Shown here: positions 39,087-52,042 of the stretch, in pieces | Layout of the letters: each line of letters begins with the position of its first letter | Position numbering within the stretch: position 1 is the stretch's first letter | DNA from: Podarcis gaigeae | Taxonomy: Eukaryota | Reading direction: 5' to 3' (one strand) | DNA length: 64,000 nt | NCBI GenBank assembly: GCA_964106915.2 | Contig: OZ066914.1 | Made by a program: the position numbers and the translations under genes | Notes under the pieces: generated by a model | Seen by the model: only the letters and a program-made list of their open reading frames with translations | Database searches by the model: none | What the model was told of the DNA's origin: nothing

Positions 39087-39143
39087 TATTGATATCTTAA
39101 GAATTAGAATACTTTGGGCTTCCACTTGCAGAGCAGGGCTTCC

Positions 39144-39410
39144 CATACCCTCCAACATTTCTCCAATAAAAATAGGGATGTCCTATTCCATTCCCTCCAA
39201 CATTTCTCCAGTGCAAATACAGACATCCTACCCAGACCCTCCAACGATTCTCTGATGAAAATAGGGATGTACAATTCCTTACCCCCCAACATTTTGCCAT
39301 TGAAAATAGGGACAACCTCAGGAAAAGTGGGACTTTCCAGGATCACATCAGATACTGGGATGGCTTCTGTAAATCCGTGGCTGTCCCTGGAAAATAGGGC
39401 ACTTGGGTCT
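39144..39410. mobile_element. MITE-like element with four ~45-bp terminal tandem units
   Basis: Repeated ccctccaacatttctcc..aaaatagggatgtcc, flanked by ggcttcc on both sides (39137-39143 and 39411-39417). Confidence 0.6.
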
Positions 39411-40753
39411 GGCTTCCTCCAGCTTCTCCACCTGTGCTACCCCAATTGGATCTGGGGGTTTGGGAGAACCCTATGAATAATGCACGGTGGGGAGGCAAAG
39501 AGATATGCTTGCACAGATGGTGCATTTGTGACAGCGTGATGCTGAATTCTACCCTGCAGTTTTACAGTCGATTTGGGCAAAATTTAGGCCGCAACCTTAT
39601 TGGTTACAGAATGTGAGAGGTGTTGGCTTAGGCACTGGAATTGAACTGACTATATCTGACTCCTGCCTGCCATGCAGGAAGTCTCACAAGGGTTAACCGC
39701 CAGTAGGGGGAGCCCTGTTGATGTACATCAACTCGGAGCTCCCCCCAGAGTAACAGGAAGGTTGTGCCATGGCCCTAGCCTCCACCCTGGCTTCGGACAG
39801 GAACCATGACCTCCAGATTCCTTTAACGGAATACCCAGGGGACCCCCTGATGACCTGGGAGCTTGGGCCACCCACCATTGTGTGTGGAGGTCACGTGGCC
39901 TGGCCACAATACTGCCCCACCCGGAAGTGGAGCAGCCTCCTCAGATTAGTCTCTCAAGAGTAAGAAACTCTTGTTTCCAAGTTGCTTGACAACCCTAATG
40001 AGTACTCATAAAACCTGGAAAACTATGTTTCCTGAGGCTCTTTTCTCAGAAGCTAAGTTCACATTTGAAGCCAGATAATAACTGCTCTAGTAGAGAAATT
40101 GCAAGCTAGAGAAGTTTGTACTCTGAGCTCGATAAATACAAACTCATTAAGCCACAAATGGTGACATAATAGGAACAGTGGAATATGAGGGACAAGTTGT
40201 AGGGCCTGTACCTGATAAAAAAAAAGGAGCAGGTGAGGCCTATGTTCATTAAATTAGCCAGGTATAGAGACTAGCAATGAGAGTGAGAGAGCACAATTAT
40301 TATGTTAGAATGATTTGGAATACATTATATGCCATTGTGTAGGAACCTCTTATGCAGCATTGTTCTACATCTGAGTGCCAGATCCACTCAGCGTTGCTTT
40401 CCACTTCTGTCACCCTTATCACTCATGAGACAATGCACATCTCCTGTAAGTGGTGCCCCCAACAGCATGTATTCATTTCTGGGGCTTACCGTTTAAATCA
40501 GGCACCCAAGAGGCAGGGGAGGAACTGACAAGCTAGGCAGATGCTTTCACCAGAGGCTCCAGGATGTTAAGAGAGTTTTAGTGCCATGATTGTTTTGCCA
40601 GGGAAATGTATGTTACTTGTCATCAAGGTGCTCAAGAATAGATCGGTGCAATTTTACAAGTTGAATACAAGAAGTGTAATCAAGAGTTACATCGTTTTAT
40701 GAGACAAGACCAGGAGGAATACCGTGACAGAACTGTGCATAATTAGAATCAAC

Positions 40754-40791
<38 letters not shown>

Positions 40792-41254
40792 GAGGGGGAC
40801 CTTAACAGTGCTGGAAATCTATCCAAAACACGTCCCCATTGACCTGTCCTCAGGCGTTAAGACAATATGTGCTAATGGAATGAGAAGACTCCCCTCAAGA
40901 CGCAACTGGAAAGCAAAATGAAAGTTCCTTAGCTGAAGAATAGGATAACTCAGGCTCCTCTAACTGGACACTCTCCGGATGATTTGGACTATAACTCCCA
41001 TAAGCCCCTGCCAGCACAGTCAATGATGAAGGTTGATGGAAGTGGCTATTTGACACATTTGGAGGGTGCCAGGTTGGGCAAGGCAGGGAAAAATTCTCAG
41101 GCGAAAATGAGTCATCATAACAGAATTTTATATAGAGTGTTTTGAACTAGAAGTGGTGCAACTGAAGCACTAAAGGAGAATCTTATTTGAGAAAGGTGAT
41201 TTGCTTGGCTTTTAAGGCAGAGCAACTAGCCAAAGCTGTCCACAGGAATAAATA

Positions 41255-44199
41255 GAGAGAGATTAATACCAACAAAGGAGGAGTGGCAGATGAAATAGAT
41301 GAAATATATGGAATTAGCAAATCTAACTAATAGAATAAAAGATAATGATTCATAAGACCACTGCCATCCATGACTTGATCATGCATGGTGGACTTGACCT
41401 GGCATGTGTAACAGACACTTGGTTGGATGAAGCAGATGGGCCTGTTGTTGCCACTGCTTGTCCACCAGGTTTCTCTTATGCACAGCAACCCAGGCCTTGT
41501 TGGCGGGGAGGGGGGGGGGGTTGCAGTGATTTTTTAGGAAGTCATTAGTTTGCACCAGGCATCCTATTGGGAAGACCTAGTTCTCTAAGTGTGTGTTCTG
41601 GAAGTTGGGCAATAGCGGCAGTACAGGAATCCTTTTCGAGTACTGACCTCCCCGCTGCACCAAGGATTCTCTGCCCAAGCTTCTTCAGGTCATGGCGGAT
41701 GTTCTCCTGGAGACACCTAGTTTGGTTGTCCTAGGGGATTTTAACATCCATGCCGACACGACCTTACAAGGGGCCGCTTGGGACTTCGTGGAAAGCATGG
41801 CCTCCATGGGGCTGTCCCTGAATAAGTCTGGCCCAACCCATAGCCGTGGACATGTCTTGGACCAAGTGTTCACCTCTATGGATGTTGGTGATCTGACACT
41901 AAGTAAAAGTGAAGCCAAAGAAGTGCCATGGTCCGATCACTTCCTGGTGCAACTGGACTTCTCTGCAACCCTTCCCTTCTGCAGGGAGGTGGGACCGATT
42001 CTGATGGTCCACCCCCACCACTTAATGGATCCAAATGGTTTCCAGAGAGTGGTAGGGGATGCTTTATCCCAAGTTGGTGACCTTTCAGCTGATTCCCTGG
42101 TGGCCCGCTGGAATGTGGAGTTAACCAGGGCTATTGACTGTTTGGCTCCGAAGTGCCCTCTCCGATTGCATGGAGCATGGACAGCCCCATGGTTTTCCAC
42201 GGATCTGAGGGCAATGAAACAATTGCTGAGATGGCTAGAGCGCTGGTGGCGGATAACTCATTCGGAAGCTAACCGGACACGGGTTAGAGCTCAATCTTGA
42301 GCCTAACAAGTGGCGGTAGCGACAGCGAAGAAGACTTTCTTCACTGCCTCTATTGCATCTGCAGAAAACAGCAGCAGGAGACTCAGGTGGTTCACAATTT
42401 AGCAGAACCACCTGCTACATCAGGGCCCAGTACAGGCCACATGATCTCCTGCAATGATTTTGCAAAGTTTTTTTGCAGATAAAGTCGCTCAGATTCAGGA
42501 AGAGGTAGACTCCACCGTGGGAGCAGGGCCAGGGCGAGAGAGTGCTAGAGTCCTGTCTAGTCAAGTTGCGTGGGATCAATTCCAATCTGTTACCTCCAAG
42601 GATGTGTACAGGCTGCTTGGATGAGTGAAACCAACCACCTGTCTCCTTGATTCTTGCCCATCCTGGCTTATAAAAGCTAGCTGGGAAGGGCTGGGCGATG
42701 GGCTTCATGGGGTGATGAATGCTTCTTTCTGTGAGGGAGCCTTCCCAGACCTGCTGAAAGAGGTGGTTATCAAACTGCTTCTTAAAAAAACCATCTTTAG
42801 ATGTTGCCAATGTGGCCAACTATCGCCCAGTCTCAAATCTTCCATTCCTGGGCAAGGTGATTGAGCGAGTGGTTGCTGAACAACTCCAGGCACATCTGGA
42901 GGATGCGGACCATTTGGATCCCTTCCAGTCTGGATTCAGGCCTCATCATGGGACTGAAACTGCCTTGGTCACACTGGTCGATGATCTCCGGCGGGCTAGG
43001 GACAAAGGTGAGAGCTGTTTCCTAGTTCTGCTGGATCTCTCAGCAGCTTTTGACACCATGGACCATAACATCCTTCTGGACCGTCTAGAGGGGCTGGGAG
43101 CTGGGGGCACTATTATATAGTGGTTCTGCTCTTTTCTCCTGGGCTGTGTTCAGAAAGTGGGGGGAGGGGAATGAATGTTCAGACCCCTCAGCTGTCACAT
43201 GTGGGGTGCCTCAGGGTTCTGTCCTCTCCCACATGCTTTTCAACATCTACATGCAGCCGCTGGGAGAGATCATCAGCCGCTGGGTGTTCATCAGTATGCA
43301 GATGATACCCAGCTCTACCTCTCTTTCAAATCAGAACCAGTGAAGGAGGTGAAGGTCCTGTGTGAGTGTCTGGAGGTGATTGGAGGATGGATGGCAGCTA
43401 ACAGATTGAGGTTGAATCCTGACAAGACAGAAGTACTGTTTTGGGGGGACAGGAGGCGGGTGGGTGTGGAGGACCCCCTGGTCCTGAATGGGGTAACTGT
43501 GCCCCTGAAGGACCAGGTGCGCAGCCCGAAGTCATTCTGGACTCACAGCTGTCCATGGAGGCACAGGTCAATTCTGTGTCCAGGGCAGCTGTTTATAAAC
43601 TCCATCTGGTATGCAGGCTGAGACCCTACCTGCCTGCAGACTTTCTCACCAGAGTGGTGCATGGTCTAATTATCTCTCGCTTAGACTACTGCAATGCGCT
43701 CTATGTGGAGCTACCTTTGAAGGTGACTGGGAAACTACAACTAATCCAGAATGTGGCAGCTAGACTGGGGACTGGGAGCCGAGACCATATAGCACCGGTC
43801 TTGAAAGACCTACAGTGGCTCCCAGTACGTTTCCGAGCACAATTCAAAGTATTGGTTCTGACCTTTAAAGCCCTAAACGGCCTCGGTCCAGTATACCTGA
43901 AGGAGCGTCTCCACCTCCATCATTCTTCCTGGACACTGAGGTCCAGTGCTGAGGGCCTTCTGGTGGTTCCCTCATTGAGAGAAGCCAAGTTACAGGGAAC
44001 CAGGCAAAGGGCCTTCTCGGTAGTGGCACCCGCCCTGTGGAACACCCTCCCTCCAGATGTCAAAGAGAAAAACAACTACCTGACTTTTGGAAGATATCTG
44101 AAGGCAGCCCTGTTTAGAGAAGCTTTTAATGTTTAATAGGTTATTGTATTTTGGTGTTCTGTTGGAAGCCGCCCAGAGTGGCTGGGGTATAAATAATAA

Positions 44200-44237
<38 letters not shown>

Positions 44238-44520
44238 GGAAGAGGGAGTATTTAAGGAAAAGTAGAAAATGTTTGCAAAATATCTGAAGAACCATGTTCA
44301 ACAGGTTAAAATGTTAGCAGGGTTGGATTAAATTCAGCAGTTTTAAGTACTGAAGAATACTTAAAGGAGAAAAATAAACATATGGAGTAATTAGAATATG
44401 CAGTCATAATAGATAAATAAACAGAACCGTGGAAGAGTGGAAGCCAATGATTATGAATGTATGGCTATATCAAATGAATTGCAAAAAATTGTAATGAAAA
44501 AGTATAAATAAAAATATGAA
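41255..44520 (+). mobile_element. old L1 3' fragment (41255-41348 + 44238-44520) split by L2
   Basis: The joined halves read IPTKEEWQMK*MKYMELANLTNRIKDNE|EEGVFKEK*KMFAKYLKNH, homologous to the L1 at 56229. Confidence 0.75.
41349..44237 (+). mobile_element. L2 LINE, near-complete ORF2 (endonuclease + RT), disabled
   Basis: Motifs DLACVTDTWL, VLGDFNIH, WSDHFLV, NYRPVSNLPFLGKVIE, QSGFRPHHGTETAL, LLDLSAAFDT, GVPQGSVL, QYADDTQLY and SRLDYCN, with a (TTA)n tail and several stops and frameshifts. Confidence 0.95.
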
Positions 44521-44803
44521 AAAGGAAGAGATAATCTGCTGCTTGTGGCATTTCCTAGAGATGGAGTTGAGATACCCCAAACTTCCTAGAAGCAATGAAA
44601 GTTATAGTGCCCATCTGGGTCTTCTGCGCACTCCATGTTCTCTGGACTGTGTCGATTTTCTAGACCATTTCAAAACAACATGCACATATGGCATGAAAGT
44701 AAGAATGGTCACCATGTTACAGGAGCTTGTAAAATTACCATGGATGTTGTTGTTTTTGGGTCCTTTTAAAGAAACAGCCTAGGCCTCAGATTGACATAGT
44801 TCA

Positions 44804-44990
44804 ACATAAGAACCTAAGAAGAACCCTGCAGTAGCAAGCCAAAGGCTCATCTATTTCAGCATCATGTTCTTACAGTGGCCAACCAGATGCCTATGGGAAG
44901 CCTGCAAGCAGGACTTGAGTATAATAGTATTCTCCATACTTGTGATACATAGCAAGTGGCATTCAGAGGCATACAGCCTCCAACAGTGGC
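44804..44990 (-). mobile_element. CR1 3'-end fragment
   Basis: acataagaacctaagaa tail repeat followed by ...ccaaaggctcatcta...gtggccaaccagatgcc. Confidence 0.65.
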
Positions 44991-45023
44991 TGAGCTACAT
45001 ACCATAGGGTACTCCAGCATTCT

Positions 45024-45598
45024 GGGCATAGCTCAATGGCAGATTATCTGCTATGTGGGATGCAGGTGGCGCTGTGGTCTAAACCACCGAGCCTCTTGGG
45101 CTTGCCGAACAGAAAGTTAATGGTTCAAATCCACGTTATGGGGTGAGCTCCCATTGCTTGTCCCAGCTTCTGCCAACCTAGCAGTTCAAAAGTACACCAG
45201 TGCAAGTAGATAAATAGGTACTGCTGCGGAGGGAAGGTAAACAGTGTTTCCATGTGCTCTGGCTTCCGTGTTAGTGTTCCATTGTGCCAGAAGTGGTTTA
45301 GTCATGCTGGTCACATGACCCAGAAAGCTGTCTGTGGACAAACACCGGCTCCCTCGGCCTGAAAAGCGAGATGAGTGCCACACGCCATAGTTGTCTTTGA
45401 CTGAACCATCCAGGGGTCCTTCACCTTTTACCTTTACCTGCTTTGCATGTGGAAGGTCCCAGATTCCAGTCCCAGCATCTCCAGGGAGGACTAGGAAGTT
45501 CCCTTATCAGAAACCATAGAGAGGTACTGCAAAACATTGTAGACAACAATAAGCAAGGAAGTCAGTGGCCTGACTCAGTGCAAGTCAGCTTCCTATGA
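45024..45598 (+). mobile_element. tRNA-derived SINE split by a Sauria SINE
   Basis: gggcatagctcaatggcaga [insert] ctgctttgcatgtggaaggtcccag...gcttcctatg. Confidence 0.75.
45057..45436 (+). mobile_element. Sauria SINE
   Basis: Head gggatgcaggtggcgctgtgg and an ACCTTT tail. Approximate TSD ta(t/c)ctgct(a/t)tg. Confidence 0.92.
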
Positions 45599-47130
45599 TT
45601 TGGCAGACTAGCCAAAGACATTTACTGTCATAAACTTCTTTTTTATGGATAAGGCCTCTGGTAATCCCTGAGTGTCTCCACTTACAGAGCCATGGTAGGA
45701 CACAGTACTTCACAGCAGAAGTCCAGATCCGGTTAAACATTTCAGTCAAGGCTTGAGCATGGAATGTTCTTATTAAGCACTGCCCACATGCACTATCACT
45801 CCCTCCAAACCAGACTTCTTAAGCATGCCATTTTTGAGGACTACTATATTTACTCTTTGAACACACCTTTCAAATCCTTGATTTTTGTTGTTGTTCTGTT
45901 TTGTTTTACCCCAGTTCGGATAACAAGTGGTAGGGAAAATGCTGCCTTTCCCAACCAACCCTGAATTGCAGTCCCTTTGAAGTTGTTGAGCAGAAGAAAA
46001 GAAACACCATTTGCTCTAAATGGTGTGATACTAAGCAAACCCAGGAACGGCAGTAATAACGCAGCTTAATGTTCCTTCCAACAGATGCATCAGGACTTTA
46101 TTGTGCAAGCATAATTTCCATTGTTAAAGTGGGAGAGCGGTGTGGTTCTAAAAGGGGCTTGCTCTGCTTTCTTTCAAGGAAAGCTGGCAGGTAGCGTTAA
46201 CAGTTCTGTTTCTTCCTTGGCAGCCCTCATCCAACGCTGTCCATGTTTTCGGCTCCACTTCTTCGGCGGACTCCGTGTGTGTTCAAGGGGTCTACCCATG
46301 CAGAGAGAGATGCAAGATTAAGGCCCTAATTATCTTAGGTAAAGTGCTTTGATTCATTTATCCAAATTGCCTTCCAGAAATGTTAGAGCATTTAGAGTAT
46401 TATTTAATAAGGTATTAATTGACTTTTGCACATTTATTTTAAATGTCAAAGCCAACAATGTAGGTCAGAGGGAAAAAATGGGGCGGGGGCGGAGGACTCA
46501 TATGCCATGCATGTGTTTCCATTCTGTTGGTTTATGGCTGTTTTCTGCTTTGCAAGTGCACTCACATTTACTTCCATCTTGGAGTTAGGAAAAGGTAGGG
46601 AAAGACATCAGGTGCCTTAGCCGCTAGGAAAAGATGGAGGGGGATCATCATGGAAGGGTAGGTTCTAGATTTCTGCAGTGAAAGTCATTGGAATTTTGTG
46701 TGCCCCCCATAACAAATTATGCATTAATGAATTATTCAAATCCAGCCATTTTAAAAATTACATATTTACTCCAGTTGGACACACAGGGTGCTTGACAAAT
46801 GTTGACATTGGTTGGGACTGAAGTGGTGAGAAAGATATATTGCAGAGGCAATGTTTGTGGAACAGGGAAAGAAGGCAAGAGATGAGGTCATAAGGCAGGG
46901 ACTTTGAGACGTGCAGAGGTCCTGCACAGAGCCATGCATAATTTCTTGCTGGTCTCTGAGCCTTTAAAAAATAATAATCCATAAGAACTGTGAACATTAC
47001 CTCTTTTTAATAAAATGAAGGCTAGAATGTTGAAGAGTCTACATATGTGACTAGATTGTGACCTGGATGTAAACAGAAACAGAAGCTGTGGAATTAAAAG
47101 TCTAATTACCTCTCCCTTCTCCACCACTAT

Positions 47131-47497
47131 GGGACGCAGGTGGTGCTGTGGGTTAAACTACAGAGACTAGGGCTTGCTGATCAGAAGGTCGGCGGTTCGA
47201 ATCCCTGAGACAGGGTGAGCTCCTGTTGTTCGGTCCCTGCTCCTGCCAACCTAGCAGTTCGAAAGCACATCAAAGTGCAAGTAAATAAATAGGTACCACT
47301 CCGGCGGGAAGGTAAACAGTGTTTCTGTGCACTGCTCTGGTTCGCCAGAAGTGGCTTAGTCATGCTGGCCACATGACCCGGAAGCTGTACACTGGCTCCC
47401 TCAGCCAGTAAAGCGAGATGAGCTCCGCAACCCCAGAGTTGTCCATGACTGGACCTAATGGTCAGGGGTCCCTTTACCTTTACCTTTACGTTTACCT
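47131..47497 (+). mobile_element. Sauria SINE
   Basis: Head gggacgcaggtggtgctgtggg, B-box and (ACCTTT)n tail. Confidence 0.93.
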
Positions 47498-50211
47498 CCA
47501 CCTTTGCAATGTATTTAGTGTCTGGGGTAACTGTGTAGGTATCGCCCCACCAAAAAAGAGAAGATGTCAGAGGACACAGATTTGTATGTGTTAATGTATA
47601 TGTATTGATGCCAATCTATAAATAATGTTCATAATTTAAATGCACAATGCATCTCTCCATAGTGGGGAGGCTGTGACCAGGTGACCTGCTTCCTGTCAAT
47701 GGGCAGCTTCTAAGCTCCTCATGCTATTCGGTCTTCCATTTCTTTAGCCTTAAAATGTACTTGTACTTGACAACCCTTCATGTAGAAGACACTTCCAAAT
47801 AGAGGACTGTAATGTACATCTGTAAAGCAGGGCACATTGCCACCCCATTGGTATTATGGCCCAGAGTTGGTTGGCATCACATTCTCGAGTCAGAGTGGCC
47901 TGGGAAAGATTGTGGCCGATGGATGTGTGCAAAATGGGTGGCAATAAAAACCAGCCTCACATTTGTATCCTATGTGCGAAAGAAAAAACAGCAACTAACC
48001 TGACATCCTGCTTTGGCTTCTGTGGAGTATGTCTTTAACATGAGTACTACTTCTTAACATTTAAAGGAACTTTGACAGCTGAGTAATCCCTTCATCATTT
48101 AAGTATAACAAGATTTTACTATTAAGTACGTGGGCTGGAAATGGAGTGCTTTTTTCATTCACACTATAAACAGTTATGCTGGGTTTGTAATCCTGCTGTC
48201 AGATTGTTCACTGTTTGATATTAATCAGTAGGTTTATGAAAGGTGCAATAGACCACAGAAACGAACAGTGAAGAAGTTATAAATGTGGCCTCCATAAAAC
48301 AAGAGGCTGCTGTTATAATCTTCAGATGCTCGTTCTGGAGCGCTTCCACTGACTTCAGTGGGGTTTTTCCTCTTTCTCTCTTCTGGATGTGGTCTCCAGG
48401 ACATTCTCTCCAGAATTGCATTTTCTTTCTAATATCTAAAATAAATGATCTTAAAACTTTACTCTTAAGGGGAGCTTCAGAGGCAACCACTCAGGCTTGG
48501 CCTGCATGAAACTGGGTCACAAGCTATGACTCATCTGCCTACATTCTTAAGCCACATTCTTGGCCTACCCGTTTTTTCCTCCGTTGGCTGCTGAACTCCC
48601 TGATTTTCAAACCAACTAACCATAAAGGAAGAGGACAGATTGAAAAAGAACCTCAATATCTATCCAAATAGCTCTCCTGATCCCACGGTGCTGAGCTGTT
48701 GTTGTTAGCCTGCCCCCCCCCCCCTTTACTATTCAGGTAGTAGATTTCTGGGGCCATGAGCAAGTATCAAGTTTGTTTAAAACTGCAGTTTTGGGAAGTC
48801 TTTGCATTTTCTGCCTCAAGTGCCAAACTGTCTGGGGCTGCATATATTTGAAGCATATTTAAAGAACATGACTTTTCTCAAAGAATCATGGGAATTGTAA
48901 TTTACCCACTCACAGAGCTGCAATTCCCAGCCCCCTTAACAAACTACAGTTCCCAGTGTTTACACAGCCTGGGACTGGCCTGGGCTTTCATGTTGCAAAA
49001 CACATCCCAATGCTATCTGTGTTCTCACTCTATTTCTGGGCATCTCAAAAAGCTGCTGCAGATGGACCTTTGGTCTACCAGTGTTGTGCAAAAATCCTGT
49101 TTTGAAGCACATACATGTAAAATGTGTGTTCAAAAAGCATAAAGAACATTAATTGTAGAATGCAACTTTTCTTAAAAAATAAATAAATCACAGATTGCCA
49201 TCACATTTGGACTCCAGTATTTGAAAATAGGGGTGTTCCGGGGTAGTTGTAACTTTCTTTTGCTGGTGTCAAGGATCAGCGCCTGAACTCCTAACTCTAA
49301 ACATTCTTAGGGGTTCTTCTCCACCTACTGTATGCATTTGTTCTGCAATTAATCTGTCCTTCATGGAATTAAAAGCAAATAATACAGCTGCTTTTTGTAA
49401 AAAAAAAAAAAAAAAAGTTAAAAGAAATATTAAGAAAAACACAATTGCATTATAATAACCACTTTTCCTGATGAACATTTACAGCCATGGCATGTGAAAC
49501 AGTTCAAGTATAACTCCAGCTACACAGTTCAGGGAAATCTCCAAGGAGAAGCTAACTCAAAATAATTCCTGTTCCTCTATTTGCTTCCCCAACATTGTAT
49601 ATTACAGTGCTGCGCCCTCCAAATAATGGCTTTTGCTGCATCCTTTCTTCCCCAAGTATTTTTTTTTGGGGGGGGGAGTTGCCCAACTACAGAGTGCCTT
49701 AGCATTCATGTATTTACATATATGTGCTCTAAAGACACAATGCATATTTCCTTAAAAGGTGGAGGAGAGTTCAGGACCTAGATAACACCTACTCAAACCA
49801 CACCAAGCCTCCTTAGCTTGTGGCAAGCCAAAACACCAAAGAGGTGGTCTGATATACTAGGGACAGCACATCCCAGAAAACAGGGACTACATTTGATAGA
49901 GTGAGACAGATACATGCAATCATATATTAGCACAGCTTTGCATATTATTGCACAAAGTGCAATTTAATAATGCATATGGTTTTCATTAAGTTTTTGAAGA
50001 GACTTCAATTAATTCTTATCACAAATAACTTTCTACAAATGAGTATAGCAACTAATATTTTGTTACTTACAAAAGATCAAAAGTACCCATCTTTTCAGGA
50101 AACATGTGTGATCCACTTTGGAGAGGAGTTTATCCCTGGAATCACTAAAAATCCAAACAAAATTGACTGAAAAGAATTCCCCATCACATTGTTCTTAGAT
50201 GTAGAGCTGGC

Positions 50212-50274
<63 letters not shown>

Positions 50275-50430
50275 TGTGTGTGTCTCTGTGTTTAAGCAGA
50301 ACTTCAAAGATTACATTTTCTGACATGCAACACACTAGAAACCAGTGCTTTTTTTGAGGGTACACAGCACCAGCGCCTCCTTCCTCCAATGTTAAAAGTG
50401 CGGCACTTATTCTAACAATTTCAGGGTGAG

Positions 50431-50562
50431 TACACTGACTAGCAGCAGGCTTCCAGGATTTCAGCCAGGAATCCCAACGCTATCTGGAGACAGCACATCC
50501 CAGAAAATTTTACTTGGGCCCTCTGCATGCTAGGCAGATTGTCAATCACTGAGCGATACCCT
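50431..50562 (-). mobile_element. tRNA-derived SINE (degraded, with foreign 19-bp segment)
   Basis: tacactgactagcagcaggcttccagg...ctctgcatgc...cactgagcgatacc. Confidence 0.6.
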
Positions 50563-50898
50563 TTGTCCTGCTGGGGTGGCCTTGGGCCTAACTCAGCCTA
50601 ACATACTCCACAGCATCCCTGGGAGGATAAAATAGGAAGAGTAAGAAGCTTGTGCACTGCTGTGATTAAAGGTGTGTGCTTACAGGTAAAGAGATACCAG
50701 TGTGCATGCCCATAAGGCAAGGCCAGCCCACCAATGGAGAGTGGCGTGAAGAAGCTGCCTCAGGCAGCAAAAGCCCCCAAGGTAGCATCCTCATGGGTGC
50801 CTCCTGCCATGCCCCCACCTGCGCCAGAGAAATGGTGCCAGTATAGGTGCCGGTTTCCTGCTGATTTCCTGCAATAGCTTGCAAGATCTCATCAAAGT

Positions 50899-51220
50899 TG
50901 AAATATACTTGGAGTCGAGTGTGAATTTCATGCTCTTTATTCAGCTCATAGTAGCAATGAATGAAACTTTCCCCGAAATGTCTAGCTATATATACATTAT
51001 TTACACAATGGGCCCTGCATGACTGGGTAATTCCGGGCTGCTCCTGCAGGCCAATCAGGTTGCTGATTCACTTCATCCAGGAGCTTGATTGGCTGCTCCT
51101 GCAGGCCGATCAGGTTGCTGATTCACTTCCACCTGGAGCTGGATTGGGTGGCTCCTGCGGACCAATCAGACAGCTGCATTCTGGATCCTATTGTTTTAGG
51201 ATTCAGCTCAGTACATAACA
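50899..51220 (-). mobile_element. solo LTR (322 bp)
   Basis: TG...CA ends and a perfect 5-bp TSD aaagt at 50894-50898 and 51221-51225. On the minus strand, ~55-bp CCAAT-containing tandem repeats are followed by a TATA-like tract (~50990) and AATAAA (~50940). Confidence 0.85.
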
Positions 51221-51237
51221 AAAGTCTTGCAAGATGT

Positions 51238-52042
51238 TGATGTAAAACACAGAGAATTTGGCTTGGGGCCCCAAAGGGAGTCCGATTGGAGAAGACAGGT
51301 GATGCCCAACCAAGGAGAGAAAGAAGCAAGCAGATTTTTAAAAGCAAAGATCCTTTATTAGGTAAGGGAGTGGTACATGAGTGCAGGGTGCAAAAGGGAG
51401 GTTTGGGTGCAAGATACAAGGTGGGGTGCAAATCCTATCTACACGAGTAAGGTAATACCTAGAAATCCAGGGAGAGTTGGCAAATGATGTTGTAATCTGG
51501 TTTTCTAGAATAACAGTAGGGATGAGAGTTTTATATAATAGCTGAATTCCTCTCCCCACTGGGTCAAAGGAAATGAATCTGGTCATCTGGCACTTTACGA
51601 AAGAAGGAAGGGGAGCAGAGTGGAAGTGATTAGGTTGAGGCTAAAAATAACATTTATACTTTCATGGTTACAATAAAGCGATGCAATTTGAATACATGGG
51701 TTCCAGTTCTTATTTTCCTGAAAGTAGTTACAATCATTGAGAAATTCAACAAGCACTGATAAGGCACAAGGATACAAAGGGGTCAATTCCATTGCGAAGA
51801 TGCCAAATGCAACAATTGCATAAGGGTCACCTTAGGGATCCACATTTACAAGTAGTAAAGACACAATTACAAGAAAAAGACCTAGATATAATTTAAAACT
51901 ACCTGGATACAATTTAAAAAATACTTGGATACAATTATAAAAATAGAGACAGGGTGAATTCAGGAAATATGGTTTGAGGATTTGGAATGACTGTGTGTCC
52001 GGGAATTACAAAATGCGAATGATAATTTGGACTGGAGTCACA
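51238..52042 (-). mobile_element. probable ERV-type solo LTR (~805 bp)
   Basis: Minus-strand TATATAAAA (~51530) then AATAAA (~51355). TG...CA ends with a candidate 4-bp TSD atgt at 51234-51237 and 52043-52046. The right boundary is tentative. Confidence 0.5.

Noticed and set aside
39144-39320. Regularly spaced repeats resembling a CRISPR array
   Set aside because: Eukaryotic context, diverged contiguous units, no unique spacers and no cas genes.
46233-46253. REST/NRSF-like half site cgctgtccatg
   Set aside because: The second half (GTGCTGAA) is absent.
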